Positions 22,001 to 30,633 of a stretch of DNA of 64,000 nucleotides are shown in pieces. How positions within the stretch are numbered: position 1 is the first letter of the stretch; every line of letters starts with the position of its first letter. Origin of the DNA: Burkholderiaceae bacterium (GTDB taxonomy: Bacteria > Pseudomonadota > Gammaproteobacteria > Burkholderiales > Burkholderiaceae_B); assembly GCA_041688825.1 (NCBI GenBank), contig JBDNHM010000027.1:13052-77051 (forward strand), in the 5' to 3' direction. The notes below the pieces were generated by a model. The model was not told the DNA's origin. It did not search any database and was given only the letters and a program-made list of their open reading frames with translations. Both the position numbers and the translations under genes were made by a program.

Positions 22001-22104
22001 TGCTGATTGGCGGCGTTTTAGTAGGTACCATTATTACCTTGATATTTGTACCCGCTTTGTACGCATGGTGGTACAAACTAGGTAGCGGGGCAAAATTAGG
22101 TTGA
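19051..22104 (+). CDS. RND efflux transporter permease (AcrB/HAE family)
   Basis: 1017 aa with a 12-TM architecture and two large periplasmic loops. No outer-membrane factor gene is adjacent. Confidence 0.9.
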   Translation: MSFPNLSALAVRERSVTLFFLILSIIAGVYAFNSLGRAEDPPFTVRVMVVSVLWPGATPQQMQDQVVNRLEKRIQEVEYFYRIETTIRPGRADMLVEFQDYSPATKVPELIYQVRKRMQDEAGKLPKGVIGPIVNDDFSDVYFTMIALTAPGLPMREITRDAEKIRDHLQQIEGIQKVILVGERPERVHIDFDNVKLANLGVSPESILDAIQANNQLVPAGRIETAGPRVFVRVDADLSDPTALADVPLRVGNRIIRLGDVAKIEQGYEDPPTYLIRANNQDALILGVVMQKGENGLKVGDRIKEFLEKERAQLPLGMSLTQLTNQAEAISGAVNLFQIKFLVAVIVVMGVTVLAIGLRAGLIVGIAIPVTLGLTFLLMKMVGMNLDRITLGALIIALGLLVDDAIISIEMMIVKMEQGWGRVRAATHAWHATAAPMLFGTLVTVAGFVPIGFARSSVGEYAGGIFWVLAFALLISWLVAVTFTPYLGVKILPDYHTDAGHHADPYDKPLYHWLRKVIVLSVDHRKTVVLGTVGLLVLSVFGMIGPVEKQFFPSSDRPEVLISVYLPQGTAIANTDAVAQKIEKAIVQLPEVKTLSAYIGAGAPRFFISANPEQPDPAFAKIIAVTYDVKSREKLIALLENQIQAGDYAGARVHVSRLLFGPPVRWPVSFRIYGPDTNELRRIGYAARTIMAQNPNVADINLDWDERAPVLHIDTDPQRLRAMGLTPRDISQQLQFQLDGVVVTEVRQDIRSVEVRARGLRDPAGLQSAIEFKTQDGRKVPLAQVGQVEVKYEEPVIKRLNREPFLALQSDVIGAQPPDVTMAVWQALAPLRASLPEGYRISIAGSIEQSGKADASIQKLQPLMLGLMLIFVMLQMRTFSGTFIVFATAPLGLIGAVLAMLIFRQPFGFVALLGLIGLAGILMRNTLILTQQVTENFAEGLVAEEAVVQAAVHRARPVVLTALAAALAFIPLTFDSFWGPLAYVLIGGVLVGTIITLIFVPALYAWWYKLGSGAKLG

Positions 22105-22128
22105 TATATTCAAACGAGATTTACAAAA

Positions 22129-22797
22129 ATGACCACAACAATACGTATTGACTTAGTCTCAGATATTGCATGCCCTTGGTGTGCGGTAGGTTTGTCGACC
22201 CTTGATCGGGCTTTAGAGAAAATTGACCCCGCTATTAAAGTTAACGTGCATCTACAACCGTTTGAGCTAAACCCCAACATGCCGCTTGGCGGGCAAGATG
22301 TGATTGAGCATCTCACTGAGAAGTACAACATGAGTGCCGAACAGGTACTTAAAAATCAAAAAAATATTTACACGCGTGGCGCTGAAGTGGGCTTTAACTT
22401 CCACCCTGAGGGCCGTAAACGTGTTTACAACACTTTTAATTGTCATCGCTTAATGTTTTGGGCAGAAGAAAAGTTTGATGCCCAAGCTGCTTTAAACCTA
22501 AAGAAAGAATTGTTAGCGGCTTACTTTACATTGGCTATTGATATGGACGACCGCCAAACGTTGCTTGATGCGGTGACACGGGCAGGGCTTGATGCCAACG
22601 AAGCGGCTTTAGTTGTTGATGATGCTAGCGCTTATGCCCAACAAGTACGCGAGGCTCAACAAGCTTGGCAGGCCAAAGGCATTCATGCCGTACCCGCTTT
22701 TGTGATTGAACAAAAGTATCTGATTGAAGGGGCGCAACCTGCTGAAAGTTTGATTAATGCCATTGAGCATTTGGCTAAACAAAAGGCAGGCGCCTAA
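22129..22797 (+). CDS. DsbA-family (FrnE-like) thiol oxidoreductase
   Basis: N-terminal DIACPWC thioredoxin-fold motif. 222 aa and cytoplasmic-type (no signal peptide). Confidence 0.75.
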   Translation: MTTTIRIDLVSDIACPWCAVGLSTLDRALEKIDPAIKVNVHLQPFELNPNMPLGGQDVIEHLTEKYNMSAEQVLKNQKNIYTRGAEVGFNFHPEGRKRVYNTFNCHRLMFWAEEKFDAQAALNLKKELLAAYFTLAIDMDDRQTLLDAVTRAGLDANEAALVVDDASAYAQQVREAQQAWQAKGIHAVPAFVIEQKYLIEGAQPAESLINAIEHLAKQKAGA

Positions 22798-23025
22798 AAA
22801 CCTAATATTTTGGCTGTGAATGGTTAGGGGTTCACACAACGAATATTTTTATGATGATCAACATTAAAGCTTATTAATTTTAATTTTTAGCTCAATGCGA
22901 TTTTATTTAAATTACCCTAAAGAATTTACACTACAATTGTCAAATTGAATGGCAAATATCGTTTAGGTTGGTATGTCACTTTAGTCGTTAACTATTTAGC
23001 CATTAAATTTTCTGGTTGCAAACAT

Positions 23026-23520
23026 ATGCATTGGTACGTTTTACATACAAAACCCCGTCAAGAGGTTCGTGCTTTAACTAATCTTGAATTGCAGGGTTTC
23101 GAATGCTTCTTGCCGACCATTCCAAAGAAAAAAGTACTTAAGAAATCGGTAGAAATTATTCAAGAGCCTTTATTTCCAAGGTATATGTTTATTTCGCTTG
23201 ATGTCAGCATTCAGGGTAAAAGTTGGTCACCGATTCGTTCAACTTTGGGGGTTAGCAAACTTGTTACGTTTGGCACTGACCCGTTAAAAGTCGACCCTGA
23301 CCTCATACATTCATTACAGACCTGTCACGACATCATACAAAAAGCACCCTCGCCCTACAAACCGGGTGATTTAGTGCAAATGAAAGAAGGTGCTTTTGTA
23401 GGTTTAGATTTAATTTATCAGATGGACGATGGCGAAAGCCGTGCCCTCGTCATGATCGAGTTGTTGCACAAACCCACTAAAATTTCGGTATCGCTTAGTG
23501 ACCTGAAGCGTTCAGCTTAG
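23026..23520 (+). CDS. rfaH: Transcription antiterminator RfaH (NusG paralogue)
   Basis: MHWYVLHTKPRQE..., EPLFPRYMF and a KOW-like PGDLVQMKEGAFVGL align well by eye to E. coli RfaH. The ATG at 23026 is preferred over the upstream TTG-extended ORF at 22945. Confidence 0.75.
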   Translation: MHWYVLHTKPRQEVRALTNLELQGFECFLPTIPKKKVLKKSVEIIQEPLFPRYMFISLDVSIQGKSWSPIRSTLGVSKLVTFGTDPLKVDPDLIHSLQTCHDIIQKAPSPYKPGDLVQMKEGAFVGLDLIYQMDDGESRALVMIELLHKPTKISVSLSDLKRSA

Positions 23521-23569
23521 TCTTGACTGGCTTTAAGTAACCGTCTTACTGCTTACATGCATATGAGTG

Positions 23570-24874
23570 CTAAACCTCACCATTGGCTTGCTTCACACCT
23601 TGGTTAAAATTTATTTTTTTCAGCAAGTAAAACCCCAACATAAATAAAAGACTTGTACTGACTAACGCCCAGCGTTGGTTACCCCCCGTTAACCAAGTAA
23701 TTAAGCCATACGTTATGGGCCCCACAATGCTAGCTAACCGAGTCGCAAACGACCACAAAGCATAGTACTGTGCGCGATGGTCGTAGGGGGAAAGCATGCC
23801 CGCCATGGCTCGGCCAATTGACTGGCTTGAGCCCATGCACAGCCCCGCCAATACGGCCGCCCACCAAAACACTTCTTTGTTGGTTGCTAAAGCGGCTATC
23901 ACGCATGTGAGCACCCAACCAACGAGGGTCAGACTCAATATTCGCTTATGGCCAAACTGATCTTGAGCGTAGCCTAGCGCCCATGCCCCGAACGCGGCGG
24001 CAATATTTAAAACAAAAATCAACACCATGGTTTCTTGGGGTAAAAAACCTATTTCTTGTTCAGCGTAAATCGCCGCTAAAGTGATGGCCACCGCAACGCC
24101 ACCTTGGTAAGCAACCGTGCACCACATAAAACCAACAAAGGCTGGAAATGCTTGTGCTTGGCGCCAAGTATGCAATAACTTTTTAAATACGCCCGACTTA
24201 TTTGAAGCAGCCAGCACAACAGTTTGGGCGGGCGATCTTTCGCGCAAACCCCATAGCGAAAAAGCGGCTGCACAAGCAAACACGAGCGCAGTGATAACCA
24301 TTGTGATGGGCACAAAATCAGTAGCTGAAACGCCCTGCGCTTGCGCCGACAAAACGTAAAACAGACATAACCCTAAGGTGAACATGCCACCCACATAACC
24401 AAAGCCCCAACCCCAACCGCTGACTCGCCCCATCGCTTCTGGTTTAGCCAATTCAGGTAAAAACGCAGCAATTAATGCTTCGCCCCAACTAAAGCAAACA
24501 TTTGAAATAATAATTAGAAATAAGCCCCAATATATAGCCTGGGGTTCAACCGTTGCCAACAATGCTGTTGCGATAACGCAACCTATTGTGCTGAACCAAA
24601 GTAAACGTTTTTTTCCCGTGTGCTGATCGGCCCACGCCCCTAAAAGCGGCATAGTGACCATAACGATGAGATGAGAAATACTTAAACCGAGAGTCCAGAC
24701 AAGGGTGGCCCAACTTGCACCCCCTGCAACCGTACCGACAAAATAAGCCGCAAACACAGCCGTTAAAACAACAGTGGTGTAACCGGAATTTGCAAAGTCG
24801 TAAAACGCCCAAGCCAATACTTCACGCTTACTAACGCCCGGTTTTATGTTGTTTCGCCATACTGACTGCTTCAT
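23570..24874 (-). CDS. MFS transporter (UMF1/Atg22-like family)
   Basis: 12-TM protein with N-terminal LAWAFYDFANSGYTTVV motif typical of this MFS subfamily. Confidence 0.7.
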   Translation of the reverse strand: MKQSVWRNNIKPGVSKREVLAWAFYDFANSGYTTVVLTAVFAAYFVGTVAGGASWATLVWTLGLSISHLIVMVTMPLLGAWADQHTGKKRLLWFSTIGCVIATALLATVEPQAIYWGLFLIIISNVCFSWGEALIAAFLPELAKPEAMGRVSGWGWGFGYVGGMFTLGLCLFYVLSAQAQGVSATDFVPITMVITALVFACAAAFSLWGLRERSPAQTVVLAASNKSGVFKKLLHTWRQAQAFPAFVGFMWCTVAYQGGVAVAITLAAIYAEQEIGFLPQETMVLIFVLNIAAAFGAWALGYAQDQFGHKRILSLTLVGWVLTCVIAALATNKEVFWWAAVLAGLCMGSSQSIGRAMAGMLSPYDHRAQYYALWSFATRLASIVGPITYGLITWLTGGNQRWALVSTSLLFMLGFYLLKKINFNQGVKQANGEV

Positions 24875-25074
24875 TTTTAAACCTAGGTTGAAAGACCACT
24901 TGATAACAATACAAAAAATAATAATAAAAACATATTATAAAATAGTATATTGTTGCTAACATACTGTATTGCTTATTTAAATGATAGTTAGCATTGCGTA
25001 ATTACCTAAATAACAAGCTCTGAGCACTGTTTACGCAACGTTGAACACCCGCATATAAATGAAAAGGAAGCGGC

Positions 25075-25527
25075 ATGAACTTCACAATTGACTGGGGGCA
25101 CTTTACACCCTGGGCCTCACTTTTTGGTGGTATTTTGATTGGTCTCGCATCAATCATGCTACTTCTATTTAAAGGTCGTATCGCGGGTATCAGTGGCATT
25201 TTAGGTAGTTTGATGCAAATTCAAAATACGCCTTCAGGTCACTATAGCTGGCGTGTCGCTTTTTTATTAGGTTTGTTGCTGTCAAGTAACCTATATGGTT
25301 TAATTTTCACCTTGCCAACCTCACAAATTGATTCGTCTTATCTCACGCTGATTGTGGCTGGCTTGTTAGTTGGCTTTGGAACCCGCATGGGGTCTGGCTG
25401 TACCAGTGGCCACGCGGTCTGTGGGTTAGGTCGGTTATCGATGCGCTCGCTCGCCGCAACGCTGAGTTTTATGGCCGCTGGTTTTGTGACCGCGTATATT
25501 TTCTTTCATGTCATTTTAGGAAATTAA
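25075..25527 (+). CDS. YeeE/YedE family sulfur-compound transport protein (half-size, part 1)
   Basis: 4-TM protein with [12 protein letters not shown] motif (conserved Cys loop of YeeE/YedE). Confidence 0.7.
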   Translation: MNFTIDWGHFTPWASLFGGILIGLASIMLLLFKGRIAGISGILGSLMQIQNTPSGHYSWRVAFLLGLLLSSNLYGLIFTLPTSQIDSSYLTLIVAGLLVGFGTRMGSGCTSGHAVCGLGRLSMRSLAATLSFMAAGFVTAYIFFHVILGN

Positions 25528-25529
25528 AC

Positions 25530-25949
25530 ATGAAAAACTTTTTAGTTTTTATCTCAGGACTAGTCTTTGGCATTGGCTTAATCATTTCTGGTATGAGTAA
25601 CCCCTACAACGTCATTGGGTTTCTAGATTTAGCGGGTAACTGGAACCCAAGCCTTGCCTTTGTCATGCTCGGTGCTGTCGGAGTCACGTTAATTTTTACA
25701 CGTTTAGTGGTTGCTCGCCAAAAAACAATATTTAACGACCCCCTTCATCTGCCCGGCACAACCCAGATCAATAAAGAATTAGTGATAGGTGGTTTCATTT
25801 TTGGGGCAGGTTGGGCTATTGCTGGTTTTTGCCCCGGGCCTGCAGTGGTCTCATTAGGTGCGGGTTACGGTAAAGCGTTGGTGTTTATCATCGCCATGAT
25901 TGCGGGCATGTTACTGCATGACCAAGGCTATAAAAGAAAAACAGCCTGA
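25530..25949 (+). CDS. YeeE/YedE-related membrane protein (half-size, part 2)
   Basis: 4-TM protein separated by 2 nt from part 1. GWAIAGFCPGPA motif. Confidence 0.65.
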   Translation: MKNFLVFISGLVFGIGLIISGMSNPYNVIGFLDLAGNWNPSLAFVMLGAVGVTLIFTRLVVARQKTIFNDPLHLPGTTQINKELVIGGFIFGAGWAIAGFCPGPAVVSLGAGYGKALVFIIAMIAGMLLHDQGYKRKTA

Positions 25950-26077
25950 CCTCAAACGCACTGTGCAGCACGTGATCGGTCAGACTGCTAAACCCCCTCT
26001 TTTGGGGTTCCCTAAAACTGAGTCACAGGCTAGATATGTAGCGCAACGCTCAGTATTTTTTTCTTAACTGCTAAGGC

Positions 26078-26566
26078 TTAGTTATCGGCAATACATACTG
26101 AATAAGTAATACCGATTACTGAGTACTTAATGGCTATCAGAGGAATCATACCACTTGACAAGGCAGGTTGATCGACCTTTTTACCCGTCATATCGCTTAA
26201 AGCCAAGAACATACCGGTTGACTCAATCATCACCACAATCATGACAAGTGTCATGTTCAAAATTAATATGGGATCAAAAATAGGCATGCCAAAGTGAAAC
26301 GGTGCAATCAATGCAAACCATTCAGCTTTACCCACATGACTAAAGTTCATTACGCCGGCGCCAATAGAAATGGCTGCACCAATCACTATGCCCAGTAAAA
26401 CTGAAATATTGCTAATGAAGCCTTTAGGCACTGCAGGTACAACTGAACCTGGGGCTGATGCCGCTGTACCGACATCGGCTAACCATTTGACATGATCAGG
26501 GTTAAGAACGTTGGGCGCTGTCGGGCCAAAAAGGTTACCGAATATCCAATTAATGCCAATTCGCAT
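26078..26566 (-). pseudogene. Internal fragment of an NCS2 (xanthine/uric acid) permease; both ends missing
   Basis: The 162-aa ORF matches only the central TM region of NCS2 permeases (...FGMPIFDPILILNMTLVMIVVMIESTGMFLALSDMTGKK...). No N-terminal TM helices are present, and there is no C-terminal half or signature region. Only about 130 nt of non-coding DNA follow. Confidence 0.7.
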
Positions 26567-27822
26567 TAAGCTTTCAAAATATCATATAAGGTACGTGCAA
26601 TAACCTTTGTAGCGCCACGTAAATCTTCAATCTGTAAACGCTCATCAGCACGTTTGGCATGCGACTCAAGCACCGTTTTTGGGCCTGCGCCGTAAATAAC
26701 ACCGGGTATACCGTGCTCAGCATACAGTCGTACATCTGTATACAAAGGGGTACCCATAGCAGGTATTTTTTCACCAAAAACCTGCTCACCATTCGCCTGA
26801 ATAGCTTGAACCAACTGCGCGTTACCTGGCAAAGGTTTCATCGAACGGGCTAATAAAAGACGCTTAATCTCAATAGAAATCATGGCGTCAGCCGCACAGC
26901 CTTGGTTAAACTGGTCAACCGCTTGAGCCATAACATCACGAATGTTTGCTTCGACTTCAATGGGGTTTTCTTCAGGAATCATGCGCCGATCAAGCTTAAA
27001 AACAACTTTACCTGGCACCACGTTTGTATTGGTGCCGCCTTCAATTCGACCCACGTTGACATAAGGGTGGTCAATACCCACAATTTGTGAAGAAATTTTG
27101 GTGTACAACACATTTTGCGCATAAAGCGCTTGCAAAATATGGGTGGCGCCTTGCAACGCATCAACGCCGGTGTGCGGCACAGCAGCGTGAGCCATTTTGC
27201 CGTGAACCGTCACTTCCATTTGTAAACAACCATTGTGTGCCGTCACGACTTCGTAACTGAAGCCCGCTGCAATCATCATGTCTGGCTTCGTTAAACCTTG
27301 GCTTAGCAACCACCCTGGGCCCATGATTCCACCAAATTCTTCGTCATACGTAAAGTGCAACTCAACCCCACCCTTAAGGGGTAAGCCCAGTGCCTCTAGC
27401 GCACGCACAGCAAATGTAAAGGTTGCAAAATCTGACTTGCTGACTGCTGCAGCACGACCATACATTGCGCCATCTACAACCTTGGCAGCATAGGGTTCAT
27501 GTGTCCAACCTTCACCCGGTGGCACTACATCGCCATGGGCATTTAGAGCAATAACTGGGCCTGTATTTTTATCGCCATACTGTCGACGAACGATTAAATT
27601 AGTAATTGACTCAAGGCCATACTCTTTCACGTCCTGCTCGGGTACCTTGTGCTTTTCTACCTCAAAACCCATCGTTGTTAAAAGCTGAGCGGTTAAATCA
27701 GCGTGGGGTGCATTGTTACCAGGCGGCGTGTCGGTCGGTTGTTGCACCAGACGCTGAAGAAAACTAACTTCTTCGTCAAAATGGTTGTTGATCCAAGTAT
27801 CAAGCTGCTGATGAGCGGTCAT
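26566..27822 (-). CDS. M20 family metallohydrolase (ArgE/DapE/ACY1-type)
   Basis: Metal-ligand blocks NAHGDVVPPG and YDEEFGG, with a dimerisation-domain insert. Located inside the urate catabolic operon. Confidence 0.75.
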   Translation of the reverse strand: MTAHQQLDTWINNHFDEEVSFLQRLVQQPTDTPPGNNAPHADLTAQLLTTMGFEVEKHKVPEQDVKEYGLESITNLIVRRQYGDKNTGPVIALNAHGDVVPPGEGWTHEPYAAKVVDGAMYGRAAAVSKSDFATFTFAVRALEALGLPLKGGVELHFTYDEEFGGIMGPGWLLSQGLTKPDMMIAAGFSYEVVTAHNGCLQMEVTVHGKMAHAAVPHTGVDALQGATHILQALYAQNVLYTKISSQIVGIDHPYVNVGRIEGGTNTNVVPGKVVFKLDRRMIPEENPIEVEANIRDVMAQAVDQFNQGCAADAMISIEIKRLLLARSMKPLPGNAQLVQAIQANGEQVFGEKIPAMGTPLYTDVRLYAEHGIPGVIYGAGPKTVLESHAKRADERLQIEDLRGATKVIARTLYDILKA

Positions 27823-27865
27823 AAAAATAATCCAAAAATAGAGTATTAATTTTTTTTATGCGTTT

Positions 27866-29635
27866 TCAATGCAAGTCTTTTGCCATAGATTCAAGCAAAT
27901 GCTGCATAGCAAGAATCGACAATTGCATATCGTCGCTTGTTGAACTTTCTAGTGGGTTGTGGCTAATACCCGCATTTAAACCCCGCACAAACAACATGGC
28001 TTGCGGCATCAGTTCATGCAGTTTCATCGCGTCATGGCCTGCGCCACTTGGCAGATGAAATAGCGGAAGACCTAACGACTCAACAGCATTTTCCCAATAT
28101 TTTTGTAGCTTAGGGTCGCTTGGTGCGGCAGCCGCCCGCATGATTTCATTTAACTCGTAACGTATACCGCGTCGCGCGCCAATACGGGCCAATTCAGCTT
28201 TAACATCGTTAACCAACGCATCGCGTTGCGCATTACTAGGCGCCCGCAAGTCAATACTGAAATCACAACGCCCTGGCACCACGTTAATTGAGCCATTTGG
28301 CACATTAACTTGACCAATGGTGCCAACTGAGTCGCCATCTTTTAAAACACGCTGCTCAACATACAAAGCGAGCTCAGCAAGCGCTGTAACAGCATCTTGA
28401 CGTCGATTCATCGGTGTTGTGCCCGCATGACTGGCCATACCTAAGAAATGCCCCGTAAAGCGGGCGCTGCCATTGATAGACGTCACAATACCCAGTGGCA
28501 TATCAATTTCATTTAAAACAGGGCCCTGTTCGATGTGAACTTCTATGAAGCCCAAATAATCTTTTGAATCACGTTTAATTAATGCAATTTCTTCTGGCTT
28601 TAAACCGACCGCTTGCATCGCTTCTTTCATTGATACGCCATCGGCATCAAGTTGCGCTAACCACGATTCATTAAACGCGCCCACTAAAGCGCCTGAAGCT
28701 AAAAATGTTGCACGATAACGTTGCCCTTCTTCTTCAGCAAAACCGACCACCTCAAAATTAAAAGGTAATCGACGACCTTGTTTGCTTAATTGATTTACGC
28801 AAGCAATGGGTACAAAGATACCTAAGCGGCCATCATATTTACCACCGTTTCGCACCGTATCAAAGTGCGAACCAGTTAAAAGGGTGAGTGCATTTTTATA
28901 TTTTGGGTCAGCGCGATACACGCCCACAACATTACCCACCGCATCGTGCTTGACATCATCAAAGCCACTTGCTTGCATGTGTTGCGCCAGCTCCAGTGCA
29001 CATGCACGGTGTGCCGGGGTTAGATATGTAACAGTCAAATGAGTAGGCGAATCACTGTGTATTGCCAATTTTTCTTGGTGGTCCCAAACTTCTTGCCCCA
29101 TCACTGGGTGCTCATTAAACTTATCGTTTAAACGAATTTCAACAATACGATGAATGTTTCTTAAGGCTTCTGCTAATTCATAGTCGCGGGGGTTATGAAC
29201 GCGCCGCGCGAGCGTTTCAATAATTTCATGGCGAGTGAGACCCGTGCCGCGGGGGCCTCGAACCGCAACAATAAAAGGAAAGCTAAATTTTTCTGAATAT
29301 TCACGATTGAGTGTTTGTATCTGCTCAAACTCTTCAGGGGTACAGTTGGTTAAGCCTGCTGTACTTTGCTCATTGGTCGACTCGTGGGTCAAGGTTTTAC
29401 TAATTATCGCTTTACCCGCCAATTCAGGGTGAGCGCGCACTAAAGCCAACTGTGCCGCTTCACCCTCTGCATTTAGCACGTCAATCATTGCACTCTTTAA
29501 ATGTGCAGTTGATTTGAAGGGTCGTTGAGCAAGCGCTTTTTGAGCGATCCAGTCTGAATGCTCATATAAGCCTTTTAACCATTCAAAAGCTTGCTGGCCT
29601 GAAGCATTATTTAACTGCTCTAAAGTTAGGCTCAT
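27866..29635 (-). CDS. Fusion protein: OHCU decarboxylase (UraD) domain + allantoate amidohydrolase (AllC-type M20) domain
   Basis: The N-terminal ~175 aa carry UraD motifs (VRAHPELAGK, FPFIVAVRG). The remainder carries hydantoinase/carbamoylase-amidase motifs (TGSHFDTVRNGGKYDGRLG, GFAEEEG, SGAGHDA). Confidence 0.8.
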   Translation of the reverse strand: MSLTLEQLNNASGQQAFEWLKGLYEHSDWIAQKALAQRPFKSTAHLKSAMIDVLNAEGEAAQLALVRAHPELAGKAIISKTLTHESTNEQSTAGLTNCTPEEFEQIQTLNREYSEKFSFPFIVAVRGPRGTGLTRHEIIETLARRVHNPRDYELAEALRNIHRIVEIRLNDKFNEHPVMGQEVWDHQEKLAIHSDSPTHLTVTYLTPAHRACALELAQHMQASGFDDVKHDAVGNVVGVYRADPKYKNALTLLTGSHFDTVRNGGKYDGRLGIFVPIACVNQLSKQGRRLPFNFEVVGFAEEEGQRYRATFLASGALVGAFNESWLAQLDADGVSMKEAMQAVGLKPEEIALIKRDSKDYLGFIEVHIEQGPVLNEIDMPLGIVTSINGSARFTGHFLGMASHAGTTPMNRRQDAVTALAELALYVEQRVLKDGDSVGTIGQVNVPNGSINVVPGRCDFSIDLRAPSNAQRDALVNDVKAELARIGARRGIRYELNEIMRAAAAPSDPKLQKYWENAVESLGLPLFHLPSGAGHDAMKLHELMPQAMLFVRGLNAGISHNPLESSTSDDMQLSILAMQHLLESMAKDLH

Positions 29636-29688
29636 ACGATGTCTCTCAAAATAATAGGGCAGCTAAAGGGTGTAACAAAGTGTTGCAG

Positions 29689-30633
29689 TTAAAGGGCGGC
29701 AGCAAAAGGGTGTACACGCTTCCAGTGTTGGGCAATATCGATGCGGCGACAGACCCAAACACGATCATGCTTTGCAATATGATCAAGAAATTTTTGTAAT
29801 GCAACCATGCGGCCGGGGCGGCCAATAAGCCTGCAATGCAAGCCAATGCTAAGCATTTTTGGTTTGTCAGCACCCTCTGCATAGAGCGTGTCGAAACTAT
29901 CGCGCCAGTAAGTAAAGCAATCGTCTGATTGAGAAAAGCCTTGGGGAAGTGAAAACCGCATGTCATTGGTATCAAGCGTGTAAGGCACCACCAAATGTGG
30001 CATCACTTTGCCGTCTGTTCGTGCAATTTTCATCCAAATGGGTAAATCGTCACCGTAATAATCACTGTCATATTCATAACCACCTTGGTCAACCAGCAAG
30101 CGACGCGTGTTAGGGCTGTCGCGGCCGGTATACCAGCCCAGTGGCATCGAACCCATAATGTCGGCAAGCATATCAGTCGCTTGGCGCATATGTTGTCGCT
30201 CAGTGGTTTCATCAACGTTTTGATAATGAATCCAGCGCAGGCCATGGCAGGCAATTTCGTGCTTAAGTTCAATGCAGGCTTTGGCTACATCTGGGTAGCG
30301 CGCCAGTGCCGTACTGACACCAAAAACAGTTAATGGCAGTTGTCGTTTTTCAAACTCACGTAATATGCGCCAAACCCCAACTCGTGAGCCGTATTCATAG
30401 ATGCCTTCCATAGTCATATGACGATCAGGGTAGCTCGCAGGGTTAAATAGTTCAGACAAAAACTGTTCTGACCCCGCATCACCATGTAGTGTGGCATTTT
30501 CACCACCCTCTTCATAATTTAAAACAAACTGAACTGCAATTCGCGCTTGATCTGGCCATTGTGCATCGGGCACATTGGGTCCATAACCCACCAAATCTCT
30601 AGGGTAGGGTCGTGTTGTATCGTAAATAGACAC
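29689..30633 (-). CDS. puuE: Allantoinase PuuE (polysaccharide-deacetylase fold)
   Basis: YPRDLVGYGPNVPDAQWP...VQFVLNYEEGGE is the hallmark PuuE N-terminus. GTG start overlaps the GntR stop by 1 nt. Confidence 0.85.
   Translation of the reverse strand: MSIYDTTRPYPRDLVGYGPNVPDAQWPDQARIAVQFVLNYEEGGENATLHGDAGSEQFLSELFNPASYPDRHMTMEGIYEYGSRVGVWRILREFEKRQLPLTVFGVSTALARYPDVAKACIELKHEIACHGLRWIHYQNVDETTERQHMRQATDMLADIMGSMPLGWYTGRDSPNTRRLLVDQGGYEYDSDYYGDDLPIWMKIARTDGKVMPHLVVPYTLDTNDMRFSLPQGFSQSDDCFTYWRDSFDTLYAEGADKPKMLSIGLHCRLIGRPGRMVALQKFLDHIAKHDRVWVCRRIDIAQHWKRVHPFAAAL

Noticed and set aside
22183-22189. ops-like GCGGTAG cores at 22183-22189 (in the DsbA-like gene) and 12623-12630 (GCGGTAGC in the GT39 gene) as possible RfaH recruitment sites.
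   Set aside because: Both lie inside coding regions rather than operon leaders. They match only 7-8 nt of the 12-nt ops consensus, and matches of this length are expected by chance in 64 kb on two strands.
22945-23025. The upstream 27-codon extension of the RfaH ORF (MNGKYRLGWYV...).
   Set aside because: RfaH/NusG homology begins exactly at MHWYVLHTKPRQE (ATG at 23026). The extension lies in AT-rich DNA and has no homology.
24954-24993. The 7-bp inverted repeat TGCTAAC-N26-GTTAGCA upstream of the YeeE/YedE pair as an ArsR/BigR-type operator.
   Set aside because: The arms are short and the spacer is long. The DNA is very AT-rich, so chance inverted repeats are common. No cognate regulator gene is nearby.
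25991-26009. The AACCCC-N7-GGGGTT hairpin after the YeeE pair as a terminator.
   Set aside because: The stem is only 6 bp, and there is no U-tract on either strand. It is too weak to call.
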